From an uncultured Gammaproteobacteria bacterium (GTDB lineage: Bacteria; Pseudomonadota; Gammaproteobacteria; Eutrophobiales; Eutrophobiaceae), in contig CATOTD010000014.1 of assembly GCA_951812995.1 (NCBI GenBank), positions 13,794 to 77,793 on the forward strand: a stretch of DNA of 64,000 nt, in the 5' to 3' direction. Below the pieces are notes generated by a model. It did no database searches. It worked only from the letters and a program-made list of their open reading frames with translations, and was not told the DNA's origin. The position numbers and the translations under genes are program-made. Shown here in pieces: positions 10,799 through 22,468 of this stretch (its first letter is position 1; every line of letters starts with the position of its first letter).

Positions 10799-11758
10799 GG
10801 ATTTTCAAGCAAGTGGGCATCACTGTGCTCGATAGTAGCGAGCATTGAACGTCTTGCTCATTACTCTCTTTCATTTCTCTTGTCCCGGCCTACTGTTTTC
10901 AGCTATAGCCCCTATTCCAGGCGTACTAAGCCACTGATAGCCGTAATAATTGTTTCTTTGATAGCATAAGATTAATCAGGGCACAGTGGGCAAACAGGTG
11001 GTCCGCATTCTTGCCTGGCCCTTTGAATCTGACTTTGGTAAATCCATATTGTCGCTGCATGATATGAAAGACATGCTCAACCTTGGCACGGACTTTGGAT
11101 TTGTGCCGGTTTTTAGCCTTGTCCTGTTCGGTCAGTTTGCGGTGACGTGAGCCTTTGACCTGGGTGTAGTCTTTTGCCTTGGGGTCATTATCCTTGAGTA
11201 CGGATTGCTGACCCGCATAGGCACTATCTCCCCAAAGACGGGTCTCTTCTCCATGCAGTAGGTCTCCAAGTACCTGTGAGTCGTGGACATGGGCTGGTGT
11301 GGCAACAACAGAGTGTATCAGTTTGGTTTTGCTATCCACACCGATGTGCGCCTTCATGCCAAAGTACCATGGCTTGCCTTTTTTGGTCTGATGCCTATCA
11401 AGATCACGGGTTTTGCTTTTGTTCTTGGTGGCGGTAGGCGCATTGATGATGGTCGCATCAACAATAGTGCCTTCTGGATACTTTCATGCTGTTTTCCTCC
11501 AGATAGACGGCAACAGCATCAAACAGGGCAACTCCGAGGTTGTTCTCCTCCAGCAGATGACGGAATTTACAGCGGGTGGTTGCATCTGGCACGGGTTCCA
11601 TGCCCACCGGACGGCGACCAGCAGGGGTTGGGGTAATGAGGCTCAATTACTGCAGTCAGCGCTTGCCAGGGAATGAGCTGATTCATCTCTTCGAGAAATA
11701 TCTCTTTGCGTGTCTGCTTGCGGTATTATCGCATATTATGGCATTAATCAGAGGTTTC
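10780..11758 (-). mobile_element. IS5-family type 3 element (pseudogene)
   Basis: IRs GGAACATCTAATCAA / TTAATCAGAGGTTTC flanked by CTAA / TTAA. Fragments MKAHIGVD..WGDSAY..RAKVEHVF (10926..11357) and [14 protein letters not shown]. Confidence 0.88.
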
Positions 11759-12516
11759 TTAATGATTGCTTGTGCTTTGGCACCCGTTAAAAACTTAATG
11801 TATTGTTCTGCCAGCCGATTATTGACGTGACTATGGCGTTTCGGATTAACCGCAATCACATGGTAGGGGTTATATAAGACAGCGTCGCCCTGGTATTGAA
11901 TAGTCAGATTTATTTTATCTTTAAAGGCTAGGTAAGTGCCACGATCCGTTAGTGTGTATGCTTGCATGTCGTCTGCCAATAACAATACCGATGCCATGCC
12001 TGCGCCTGCTTGTACGTACCAGTCTGGTTTAGGCCATAGATTATTGTCTTGCCAAAGCAATAATTCTTTTTGATGTGTGCCGGAGTTGTCACCTCTTGAA
12101 ATAAATTGACTACCCGCAGTATAGATATTATTGAATGCATCAAATATAGAATTTGCCCGCATTGTATTTGCTGGATCATTTGCCGGACCCAGCAAAATGA
12201 AATCATTATGCATCACTGGATAACGTTTAATCCCATGCCCCGCACTTATAAACTGCGCCTCATCTTCTGGAACATGCGTCAACAATACATCAACATCACC
12301 CTGTTCGCCCAAACGCAAAGCTTGGCTGGAACTGGTTGTAATAATATTGATTTTTACACGGTGTTCTTTTTCAAAAACTGGATTTAATAATGACATTAAA
12401 CCAGAATTTTCTGTTGTCGTTGTTATCGCCAGACGTAACGTGTTGGCTTCAGCATGTGTCAAAGAAAATATTGAACACAAGAACAACGCCATGTTGAGTT
12501 TTCGGATAATCTGCAT
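11759..12516 (-). pseudogene. tupA: Tungstate ABC transporter substrate-binding protein, C-terminus clipped by IS5
   Basis: LRLAITTTTENSGL, MHNDFILLGPANDPA, FISRGDNSGTHQKEL, AYTLTDRGTY, NPYHVIAVNP. Likely ATG 12516 with signal peptide. Reads into the IS after AQAII. Confidence 0.85.
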
Positions 12517-12809
12517 AATTTTATCACATGATAATGCAACGTCTTTGCTTGACTTGAATATTATAGTAATTATGCTTTTAGCGAGTACGAAAACAAACCA
12601 CTCGGATGAAGACTGAAATTGCAACAAATATTAATGGCTATCAGAAAACCCGTAAATTTAAATTACTGATGGATGCTATCTTTAAGCATGCGGGCCTGGA
12701 TCAATCACAGACATATTTCGCCCTGGCATTGTATTCACGGCTATACGGAAAAACCATAGAACGTGTCGCTTAACTAGCTCCTTTTTAACCGCTGTAAACT
12801 GGATAATTA

Positions 12810-14165
12810 ATGCACCAAAAACTATACATCAAGACCCTGGGATGTCAGATGAACGAGTACGATTCAGCCAAAATGGCAGACGTTCTCCAAACAACTCATC
12901 AGATGATCCGTACAGCAGATCCGGCAACAGCCGACCTGATCTTGCTAAATACCTGTTCTATCAGAGAAAAGGCGCAGGAGAAAGTATTCTCGCAACTCGG
13001 CCGTTGGCGGCCCTACAAGAAGCGCAATCCAGACCTGATCATAGGTGTTGGTGGTTGTGTTGCAAGTCAGGAAGGTGCTGCCATACTCAAGCGGGCACCG
13101 TTTGTGGACATAGTCTTTGGTCCACAAACATTACACCGCTTGCCAAAGATGTATTCTGAGATCAGAAAAAACCGAAAATCGATCGTTGATATTTCATTTC
13201 CCGAGATTGAAAAATTTGACAATCTGCCGGTGCCAAAGGCCGCAGGATCAAGTGCGTTTGTGTCAATCATGGAAGGTTGCAGTAAATATTGCAGCTTCTG
13301 CGTCGTACCTTACACGCGTGGCGAAGAAGTCAGCCGTCCGTTTGATGATGTCATCGCAGAAGTATTCGAACTCGCAGAACAAGGCGTGCGCGAAGTTAAT
13401 CTTCTAGGGCAAAATGTAAATGCCTACCGTGGCATCATGGATACGGGTCAAATTGCAGATCTCGCGTTACTTATTGAGTATGTCGCTGCTATCGAAGGTA
13501 TTGATCGCATTCGGTTTACCACCTCACATCCGCTTGAATTTTCCGATAGCTTGATTGAAGTATATAATCGTGTACCCGAACTGGTGAGTCATCTACATCT
13601 GCCTGTACAAAGTGGTTCAGATAGGATCTTGGCATTGATGAAACGTGGACATACCCGGCTTGAGTATAAAAACAAGATTAAACGCCTACGTGCGGCAAGA
13701 CCTGGTTTAAGTATGTCATCTGATTTTATAATTGGGTTCCCGGGTGAAACAGACGAAGATTTTGCAGATACAATGAACTTGATAAATGATATTGGTTTTG
13801 ATCAATCCTTTAGTTTTATCTATAGCCAGCGACCAGGAACGCCAGCGGCCAGCCTGCCAGATGACACGCCAATGCAAACCAAGAAAAAACGTCTGGCAAT
13901 ATTGCAAACACGCATAAACCAAAAAGCGGCTGAGATTAGTGCCGCTATGGTGGGCAGTATTCAGACTATCCTTGTTGAAGGACAATCAAAAAAAGACCCG
14001 CAACAGCTTCGCGGTAGAACAGAGAATAATCGAGTTGTTAATTTCATCGGGCCATCGAATTTAACAGGAAACTTTGTTGATATTCAGATCACCGAAGCAT
14101 TATCCAATTCACTACGGGGTACATTGCCTGGCTCTGTGCGGCTTGATCAAGTTGCCAATCGTTAA
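12810..14165 (+). CDS. miaB: tRNA-2-methylthio-N6-dimethylallyladenosine synthase
   Basis: [21 protein letters not shown], radical SAM motif CSKYCSFC, C-terminal TRAM domain. Confidence 0.97.
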   Translation: MHQKLYIKTLGCQMNEYDSAKMADVLQTTHQMIRTADPATADLILLNTCSIREKAQEKVFSQLGRWRPYKKRNPDLIIGVGGCVASQEGAAILKRAPFVDIVFGPQTLHRLPKMYSEIRKNRKSIVDISFPEIEKFDNLPVPKAAGSSAFVSIMEGCSKYCSFCVVPYTRGEEVSRPFDDVIAEVFELAEQGVREVNLLGQNVNAYRGIMDTGQIADLALLIEYVAAIEGIDRIRFTTSHPLEFSDSLIEVYNRVPELVSHLHLPVQSGSDRILALMKRGHTRLEYKNKIKRLRAARPGLSMSSDFIIGFPGETDEDFADTMNLINDIGFDQSFSFIYSQRPGTPAASLPDDTPMQTKKKRLAILQTRINQKAAEISAAMVGSIQTILVEGQSKKDPQQLRGRTENNRVVNFIGPSNLTGNFVDIQITEALSNSLRGTLPGSVRLDQVANR

Positions 14166-14181
14166 ATCATCAATATTTTAG

Positions 14182-16060
14182 ACAACTATCAATACTATAT
14201 TTGCCAACGACTTATTACTTGAGCCAACTGGAGACCTCGAACAACGCTGATTCTGGATGGGTTTTGACGCGAGCACCAGTCGTTGTCACCCGCATAGTGG
14301 GTGTGAAGGTCAAGGTCGGTGGTATTTGAGGCTGTGTTGCGCTGTTTGGGACTGCCAGGGCGGGTATTTCCGGAATTTGGGCGGAGTCAGGCTGTGGCCT
14401 GTCGTCGCTCGTGGAAGATGAGACGGCGGAAGTTGTAGCTCAGGTTGGCCATGGTCATGCGGACCTTCGCACGGGTTTGGCCGATTGAGCGGATGGTCAG
14501 AGCCATGGGCCCTTTCTCGTAGCCGAACACAGGCGCGGATGGCGGAGCGTGTCGCGTTGCCCCGACGAATATGCCTGGCCATGGGTTTGCCGCGTGGCTT
14601 CTTGCGGTGAATGTGTGAGCGGTACCCTTGCGCCTTCAGCCAAGCCTCATTCCTGGCCGAACGGTACCTGGTATCGGCCCAAACCGCCTTCGAGCTGTTT
14701 GTCTCGTCCAGAACCGAGGAGCGTTCATGCCCGTCGTAGCGAGCCGCATTCGTGCCAGTCTCACCCCGGATGAAGCGCCATTTGCGGTCAATGGACACGT
14801 GGTTCTTGTACCCAAAGTGCGGAACCGAAATATCGACAAGGCCAGTATCCTCCTCACCCTCCTTGGTCGTCTTGGCCTTTGAATACTTGACCGTCCAACG
14901 CGCATCGGTGTCTTTCTGCGCTGCCTTGGACAGATCATCGGGCCAGATGTCAGACGCGGCCTCACCTGCCTTGGCGCGCGCTTTCTCTGCTTTCGTCATC
15001 CGCTGGCGCGGGGCAAAGACCAACGTGGCATCCACAATCTGACCGCCGGTCGGTTTGTATTCCCGCGCGCAGAGCTGAGCTTCAAACGCGGCAAACAGGG
15101 CCTTGAAGACACCCGCCTAGGTCAGCTTCTCTCTGAAAAGCCAGATCGTCTTCTGATCAGGTGTCGGCTCCCCGATTTGAAATCCCAGGAACCGTAGCCA
15201 ACTGAAACGGTCACGAATGAGAAACTCCATCCGCTCATCGCTCAGATTGTGCATCAAGGCCAACACCAGCACCTTGAACATCACAACGGCATCATAGGGT
15301 GGGCGACCACCTTTGGGACGTTCCCCATAGCCAAGCGCTTCAACAAGAACTGGGCGAAACACTTCGAAATCAACGTGCCGCTCCAAAACCTCAAGCGGAT
15401 CTCCCATCGCCGAAAGCCGCGCCAAATGATCCGTCAAATCAAACAATCCAGGTGCGTGCATAAACAAAATCCTCCCACATCAAGTGAATCAGATCGTACC
15501 ACAAAATGTACGGTTTTTAGAGGCTTCCAGCTGATAACCAGCGCTTGTCTAATTTATGTGGCCCGATGAATCAACATCTACGGCAAGTTGAGCGCTATTT
15601 GGGTGTGGAAATCAATAATCGTGGTAACCGTTTCCATTTTAGCGGTAATCTTAAATCTATTGAACTGACGCAACAGCTACTCAAAGAAATGTATGCTGTT
15701 ACAGCAGTCGAGTCATTATCAACAGAACGTGTATATCTATACTTGCAGAGCATTCAGATTGAAGATGAACTTGAAGAAGATGTCGCTGATGAAATTGTCA
15801 TAAAAACAAAATGCGGTCTAATTCGAGGCCGCACCCGCAGGCAAAAACGTTATCTTTCTAATATACAAAAACACGATGTTAATTTTGGCATAGGTCCGGC
15901 TGGAACAGGAAAAACCTATCTGGCTGTAGCCTGTGCAATTGCAGCTATGGAGCAGGATCGTGCGCAAAGATTGGTATTGGTAAGACCGGCTGTCGAGGCA
16001 GGAGAAAAGCTGGGTTTTCTACCAGGTGATCTGGTACAAAAAGTCGATCCTTATTTGCGG
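14182..16060 (+). pseudogene. phoH: PhoH-like ATPase (ybeZ), interrupted by IS5 and truncated by IS481
   Basis: ..NDLLLEP (14206-14226) rejoins ADNQRLSNLCGP (from 15530) across the IS. Motifs GPAGTGKTYLA, RPAVEAGEKLGFLPGDL and KVDPYLR are followed by IS sequence. Confidence 0.92.
14230..15528 (-). mobile_element. IS5-family type 1 element, 1299 bp
   Basis: Ends GGAGACCTCG / TAGAGGCTTCC with 4-bp target duplication AACT/AGCT. Transposase split into 15117..15467 and 14310..15035 by an in-frame TAG. Confidence 0.93.
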
Positions 16061-17045
16061 TATGGAACCTACATAAGGTTGTTCATGGCAATGTCTATCC
16101 GAGAGATGGGTGGTTGATTGTCTATACTGCCGTGAGGTCGATGCCGGTTGTAGTCATGAATCCACGGTAGTAGTGCTTTGGCCCTAAGATGAGAAGTTTG
16201 ATAACGCATCGCATAGGCCACTCTCTGAGCATTGTTTGTATGCATCGCTCGGCCTTGCCGTTGGTTCTTGGTGTGTAAGGCCGAGTAAACAGGTGGGCGA
16301 TACCCATGGCCTTGAGTACGATGCTGAAGAACTTTGCTCAATACCCCGAGCCATAGTCGGTCATCACCTGCTCAATCTGTATGCCCATTGATTCATAGTA
16401 GGCTTTCACGCTCTTGAAGAACGCGGTCACACGCTCTTTGCGTTCATCGGGCAGAATCTCAGCGTAACTGAGTCGGGAATGAGCATCGATGCAGATGTGT
16501 ATGTACTCCCAGCCAGCCCCTGCAAACGGCTTACCTTTGTGAACACCGGTGACTCGAGTGAACCTGGATAAGACCGCTCATAGCGATTATTGGGTTTAGC
16601 GGGTGCAAGCGCGGAGCGTTTGTTTAGACCGAGTCGTCTGCGGTGCGAAGACATTGTGGCGGGGTCGAGCCGACATTCCTGGCAATCCGCTCCATGGTCC
16701 GGCGGTGCTTACGTAGCAAAGAGGTTTGGCGGACTTGCCTATTTGTCAGTGCTCTGGGATGGCGGCTGACTGGCCGAGAACCACTATCTTCCAGGCCTGC
16801 CAGACCTTCCTTCTCAAATCGATTGTTCCACTTCAATACAGTGTGAGTTGACGTATGAAACTCTTGCGCCACCTGGGTCGCTGAAAAACCAGGTTGTTGG
16901 GCTCATCTGACCATACTCAGTCAACCTTCCGGTGTCAATGGGGCATGCTTGTGTACGTTCATGCGGGTTTCTGTTGACCCTATTGGTTTGGTCACTTATA
17001 TAATCTCTCACATGGCTCGCATGAATAACCTATTTCCAGATTACA
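16061..17045 (-). mobile_element. IS481-family element (pseudogene)
   Basis: Starts MNVHKHAPLTP at 16962. Motifs RYERSYPG, TRPYTPRTNGKAER and YNRHRPHGS. IRs share AGGTTRTTCATG, and the flank is GCTAGC. Confidence 0.88.
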
Positions 17046-17176
17046 GCTAGCCAATCACCCGCCTTGAATACAAATCAAGCATTACGGCCAGATATAACCA
17101 CCCTTCTGAAGTCCAGATGTAGCTTATGTCCATCGCCCACTTCTGGTTCAGACGCTCCGCTGTGAAGTCTCGCTTC
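17046..17176 (-). mobile_element. IS3-family transposase fragment (N-terminal part of the integrase core)
   Basis: Manual translation [42 protein letters not shown]. Confidence 0.88.
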
Positions 17177-18240
17177 AGGAATCTCTATTAATTACGTTAT
17201 TTGGTACAATGTTGAAGTTTCCAAACTGACAAAGAAACTTCCATGAGCAATGACATTTTCGGTTCTCTGTTTAATCTTCAAGACTATCGTCTCAAACAGT
17301 TGGGTAATCCTCTGCCTGAACTGGAAAAGACGGTTGACTAGGGAGCTTTTCGGTCGTTGTTGAACAAGGTTCATGAGAAACAACGTAAGCGTCAGGCGGG
17401 CAACGCCCAACAGACGTAGTGATGATGTTCAAGGGACTGCTTGTGCAAAATCTGTATGGTCTTAGCGATACTCAGTTGGAATACCAAATCGAAGACCGTT
17501 GCAGTTTTCAGCAGTTTCTGGGTCTTGCTAGCCAGCAACGAGTCGCTGATGCCAAAACCTGCTGGGCATTCAAGCATCGGTTAGCGGCGCTGGGTCTGAT
17601 GGCATCGTTGTTTGAGCAGTTGTCGTTGAACCAGGCGGCTTATATCGCTCGCAAGGATCAGATAGTTGCCTCCTCAATCATTCCGGCACTGTTGCCGCGT
17701 AACCTTCGGGAATACAATGCCCGGATTAAGGCAGGCACTGTCCCTGCCCGCTGGACGAAGAAACATAGCCGTAGCCATTTTGCTTACAAGAACCACATAC
17801 AGATAGACCATGACAACAAGTTGATTCGTGACTATCAGGTCACTGATGCCAGCGTCCATGATGCGCAGGTTTTTGCCGACCTGCCAGATGACAGCAATAC
17901 CAGTAAAGATGTCTGGGCTGACAGTGCCTATCGGTCAGAGGAAAAAGTAGCGTTTCTCAAGGCGCAAGGTAAGCGCACGCGCTCCAAAGTTCGTAGTCGG
18001 GTCGAACCTGTGTTTGGAGCACAGCGCAATTTACACCGCAAAGCGGTTCCTTGCATTTGCATTACGCGAACAAGCATGCATATCGGCTTGATGAATCTAA
18101 GGTACAATATGAGGCGTTTATGCTTTCTGGCACGGGTCAGTGCGTCTTGAAAACGAAGTAAAGCCGAGACAAGGGCTGTACGGACACTACCGGCTTTTTG
18201 GGTCAAATTGGTTTTTTTAACCTCTCTGAGCCAATAAATT
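17177..18240 (+). mobile_element. IS5-family type 2 element, copy 2 (right end lost)
   Basis: Near-identical to 8540-9621 in opposite orientation. ORF 17419..18150. Confidence 0.88.
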
Positions 18241-19539
18241 GGAAGCCTCTAAAAACCGTACATTTTGTGGTACGGTCTGATTCACTTGATGTGGGAGGAT
18301 TTTGTTTATGCACGCACCTGGATTGTTTGATTTGACGGATCATTTGGCGCGGCTTTCGGCGATGGGATATCCGCTTGAAGCTCTGGACTGTCATGTGAAT
18401 TTCGAAGCACTCCGTCCCGTTTTGGTGGCAGCACTTGGCTATGGGGAACGTCCCAAAGGTGGTCGTCCGCCCTATGATGCCGTTGTGATGTTCAAGGTGC
18501 TGGTGTTGGCCTCGATGCACAATCTGAGCGATGAGCGGATGGAGTTTCTCATTCGTGACCGTTTCAGTTGGCTACGGTTCCTGGGATTTCAAATCGGGGA
18601 GCCGACACCTGATCAGAAGACGATCTGGCTTTTCAGAGAGAAGCTGACCTAGGCGGGTGTCTTCAAGGCCCTGTTTGCCGCGTTTGAAGCTCAGCTCTGC
18701 GCGCGGGGATACAAACCGACCGGCGGTCAGATTGTGGATGCCACGTTGGTCTTTGCCCCGCGCCAGCGGATGACGAAAGAAGAGAAAGCGCGCGCCAAGG
18801 CAGGTGAGGCCGCATCTGACATCTGGCCCGATGATCTGTCCAAGGCAGCGCAGAAAGACACCGATGCACGTTGGACGGTCAAGTATTCAAAGGCCAAGAC
18901 GACCAAGGAGGGTGAGGAGGATACTGGCCTTGTCGATATTTCGGTTCCGCACTTTGGGTACAAGAACCACGTGTCCATTGACCGCAAATGGCGCTTCATC
19001 CGGGGTGAGACTGGCACGAATGCGGCTCGCTACGACGGGCATGAACTCTCCTCGGTTCTGGACGAGACAAACAGCTCGAAGGCGGTTTGGGCCGATACCG
19101 GGTACCGCTCGGCCAGGAATGAGGCTTGGCTGAAGGCGCAAGGGTACCGCTCACATATCCATCGCAAGAAGCCACGCGGCAAACCCATGGCCAGGCATAT
19201 TCGTCGGGGCAACGCGACACGCTCCGCCATCCGCGCCTGTGTTCGGCTACGAGAAAGGGCCCATGGCTCTGACCATCCGCTCAATCGGCCAAACCCGTGC
19301 GAAGGCCCGCATGACCATGGCCAACCTGGGCTACAACTTCCGCCGTCTGATTTTCCACGAGCGACGACAGGCCACAGCCTGACTCCGCCCAAATTCCGGA
19401 AATACCCGCCCTGGCAGACCCAAACAGCGCAACACAGCCTCAAATACCACCGACCTTGACCTTCACACCCACTATGCGGGTGACAACGACTGGTGCTCGC
19501 GTCAAAACCCATCCAGAATCAGCGTTGTTCGAGGTCTCC
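18241..19539 (+). mobile_element. IS5-family type 1 element, 1299 bp
   Basis: Inverted copy of 14230-15528 with the same in-frame TAG at 18650-18652. The two flanks come from different elements. Confidence 0.93.
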
Positions 19540-19803
19540 AATAGGGTACTCAAGGCAATGGGTATCGGCCACCTGTTTACTCGGCCTTACACACCCAGAA
19601 CCAACGGCAAGGCCGAGCGATGCATACAAACAATGCTCAGAGAGTAGGCCTATGCGATGCGTTATCAAACTTCTCATCTTAGGGCCAAAGCACTACTACC
19701 GTGGATTCATGACTACAACTGGCATCGACCTCACGGTAGTATAGAAAATCAACCACCCATCTCTCGGATAGCCATTTCCATGAACAACCTATTTAGGTTC
19801 CAC
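19540..19803 (+). mobile_element. IS481-family 3' remnant
   Basis: NRVLKAMGIGHLFTRPYTPRTNGKAERC. Homologous to 16061-16320 inverted. Ends ATGAACAACCTATTTAGGTTCCAC. Confidence 0.88.
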
Positions 19804-20224
19804 GACCAGCGGTCGTCTGAGAGGTGAGTTGACCATCAGGGCCTTGCAGATGGCGATTACATTACTCTCAGGACACCATCAAAGGGGAGTATTCATCATA
19901 CGGACAGGGGTAGTCAGTACTGTGCGTATAATTATCAGCGGATATTGTGTGAGCATGGCTTGCAGATGTCTATGAGTAGCAAAGGGGATTGTTATGATAA
20001 TGTTGTTGTTGAGTCTTTCTTCAAGACGATGCAGGCCGAGCTTATATGGCGGCAGGACTGGAAAACCCGTCGGCAAGCCGAGACGTGGATATGCCAGTAC
20101 ATCAATGGTTTTACAACTTAACATCGAATGCATTTGGCACTGGGTTGTAAAAGCCCCGTTGCCTTCGAAAGAAGGGCGGGGTTAAAGTGAGAGTTCCATG
20201 CGGCACAAAACCGTGACAGATCTA
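19804..20224 (+). mobile_element. IS3-family transposase fragment (C-terminal part) and right end
   Basis: Manual translation IHHTDRGSQYC..SMSSKGDCYDNVVVESFFKTMQAEL..KSPVAFE, with frameshifts. Confidence 0.88.
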
Positions 20225-20302
20225 GATCGCCCCCACCCCATAGCGGAAGATTGAGCCATTGTAGGGATAATCTTCACATGCGATGTTTTGCGCAAAGGTC
20301 TC
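20225..20302. mobile_element. IS terminal remnant
   Basis: Ends TTTTGCGCAAAGGTCTC and matches 1680-1714. Confidence 0.6.
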
Positions 20303-20361
20303 GGCTTTAAGTTAATTGTGTTTTCGCAATGGATCGAATATCTGTATTATTTCCAATTACT

Positions 20362-21141
20362 ATGATGACCTATCCCAATATTGATCCGGTTGCGCTGGAT
20401 CTTGGATTCTTAAAAGTGCATTGGTACGGCATCAGCTATGTGGTGGGTATTGCCGGTGCCTGGTGCTTATTACAGTGGCGGGCTTACCAGGCGCGGTGGG
20501 GATATAGTGCGGAACAGGTGTCTGATCTTGTTTTTTATGCCCTGCTCGGCATCATCATCGGCGGTAGACTCGGATGGGTTATGTTCTACAACCTGCCCTA
20601 TTATCTCCAGCATCCTCTGGCAGTTTTTTATCTGCAACAAGGCGGGATGTCGTTTCATGGTGGGTTAATAGGGGTTATTACGGGTGTCTGGTTTTTTGCC
20701 CGCAAGATTAACCAGCCGTATTTTGCAGTGACAGATTTTATAGCCCCAGTGGTGCCGATTGGACTAGGCATGGGTCGGCTGGGCAATTTTATCAATGGCG
20801 AGCTTTGGGGAAGCCCCAGCACCTTACCTTGGGCGATGATTTTTCCAACGGCTGACGCAACCCCAAGACATCCCTCACAACTCTATGAGGCCCTTCTGGA
20901 AGGTCTAGTTTTGTTTATTATACTCTGGGTATTTTCAGCTAAACAGCGGCCGGTTCGGGCCCTATCGGGTTTATTTCTATTGGGCTATGGTGTGTTTAGA
21001 TTTGCCGTGGAATTTGTACGCATACCCGATGCGCATATTGGCTATCTGGCATTTGACTGGCTGACTATGGGGCAAATATTATCCATGCCCATGATCATCG
21101 GCGGCGGCGTTTTACTGGTCATGGCCTACCGCATTAAATAA
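20362..21141 (+). CDS. lgt: Prolipoprotein diacylglyceryl transferase
   Basis: YPNIDPVA, HWYG, GGMSFHGG, GRLGNFINGELWG, RHPSQLYE. Start taken at MMTYP. Confidence 0.97.
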   Translation: MMTYPNIDPVALDLGFLKVHWYGISYVVGIAGAWCLLQWRAYQARWGYSAEQVSDLVFYALLGIIIGGRLGWVMFYNLPYYLQHPLAVFYLQQGGMSFHGGLIGVITGVWFFARKINQPYFAVTDFIAPVVPIGLGMGRLGNFINGELWGSPSTLPWAMIFPTADATPRHPSQLYEALLEGLVLFIILWVFSAKQRPVRALSGLFLLGYGVFRFAVEFVRIPDAHIGYLAFDWLTMGQILSMPMIIGGGVLLVMAYRIK

Positions 21142-21160
21142 AAATTGAGGACAAAACAAG

Positions 21161-21952
21161 ATGCAACAGTATCTGGACTTATTAAGATATGTTAAGACGC
21201 AAGGTGTACGAAAACAGGATCGTACCGGCACTGGCACGCTAAGTATTTTTGGCTATCAAATGCGGTTTGATCTCAACGCTGGATTCCCATTAGTCACAAC
21301 AAAAAAATGCCATATAAAATCAATTATTCATGAACTACTGTGGTTTTTACAAGGCGATACCAATATCAAATATCTGCATGATAATGATGTCAAAATTTGG
21401 GATGAATGGGCCAATGCAGAAGGCGATTTAGGGCCGGTATATGGCGCGCAATGGCGGTCATGGCAAGCCGGTACACAAAGTATTGATCAGATAAGTCGGC
21501 TCATTGAGCAGATAAAAACCAATCCTGATTCCAGACGTTTGCTGGTGAGTGCCTGGAATGTCGGCGCGCTGGATAAAATGGCGTTGGCACCTTGCCATGC
21601 CTTGTTTCAATGCTATGTGGCCAATGGCACTTTGTCGTGTCAGCTTTATCAACGTAGTGCTGATATTTTCCTCGGCGTGCCCTTTAATATCGCATCGTAT
21701 GCCTTGCTGTTGATGATGGTAGCGCAAGTTACCAACTTAAAGGTGGGGGAGTTTGTGCATACTTTTGGTGACGCACATCTTTACCTAAACCACGAAAAAC
21801 AGGCGGATGAACAATTATCGCGCACACCCTTTGCACTGCCTGAAATGAAATTAAATACTGACGTGCGTGATATTTTTTCATTTAAGTATGATGATTTTGA
21901 GTTAATCAATTATGCAGCACATCCCGCCATTTCAGCACCAATCGCTGTTTGA
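21161..21952 (+). CDS. thyA: Thymidylate synthase
   Basis: [28 protein letters not shown]. Confidence 0.98.
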   Translation: MQQYLDLLRYVKTQGVRKQDRTGTGTLSIFGYQMRFDLNAGFPLVTTKKCHIKSIIHELLWFLQGDTNIKYLHDNDVKIWDEWANAEGDLGPVYGAQWRSWQAGTQSIDQISRLIEQIKTNPDSRRLLVSAWNVGALDKMALAPCHALFQCYVANGTLSCQLYQRSADIFLGVPFNIASYALLLMMVAQVTNLKVGEFVHTFGDAHLYLNHEKQADEQLSRTPFALPEMKLNTDVRDIFSFKYDDFELINYAAHPAISAPIAV

Positions 21953-21975
21953 ACCCGGGCCTGGTTTTTAGTCGG

Positions 21976-22464
21976 ATGCAACTATCGATCATAGTCGCTA
22001 TGGATCGTAATCACGTCATAGGCAATAACACGACCTTACCCTGGCGTATCGCGGCCGATCTAAAAAACTTTAAAAAAATAACAATGGGTAAACCGGTTGT
22101 TATGGGTCGAAAAACGTATGAATCTATCGGCCGACCCTTGCCCGGCCGGGAGAATATCATCATAACGCATGATCAATATTATGCCGCCGTAGGCTGTACG
22201 GTTTTACACAGCATTGAAGCTATTGGCAAGCATTGTAAGGCGGCAACAGAAGTCATGATTGCCGGGGGTGCCGAGATATATCGCGCGACACTGGGGCAAG
22301 CGTCGCGTTTATATCTCACCGAAGTACAGGCGGCAGTACCAGGCGATACTTTTTTCCCGCAGTTTGATCGCCATGACTGGCAAGAGTCGGCAAGAGCAGC
22401 ATTCAAGGCCGATGCGGAAAATGAGTTTGATTATAGTTTTGTTATTCTGGAGAGGCGCTTGTAA
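21976..22464 (+). CDS. folA: Dihydrofolate reductase
   Basis: IIVAMDRNHVIG..LPW, VVMGRKTYESIGRPLPGREN, GDTFFP. Directly follows thyA. Confidence 0.96.
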   Translation: MQLSIIVAMDRNHVIGNNTTLPWRIAADLKNFKKITMGKPVVMGRKTYESIGRPLPGRENIIITHDQYYAAVGCTVLHSIEAIGKHCKAATEVMIAGGAEIYRATLGQASRLYLTEVQAAVPGDTFFPQFDRHDWQESARAAFKADAENEFDYSFVILERRL

Positions 22465-22468
22465 AAAG

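Noticed and set aside
14230-19539. Invertible segment between the two inverted IS5 copies as the cause of the local inversion
   Set aside because: phoH is collinear across the first copy with its target duplication intact. The IS481 pair explains the inversion better.
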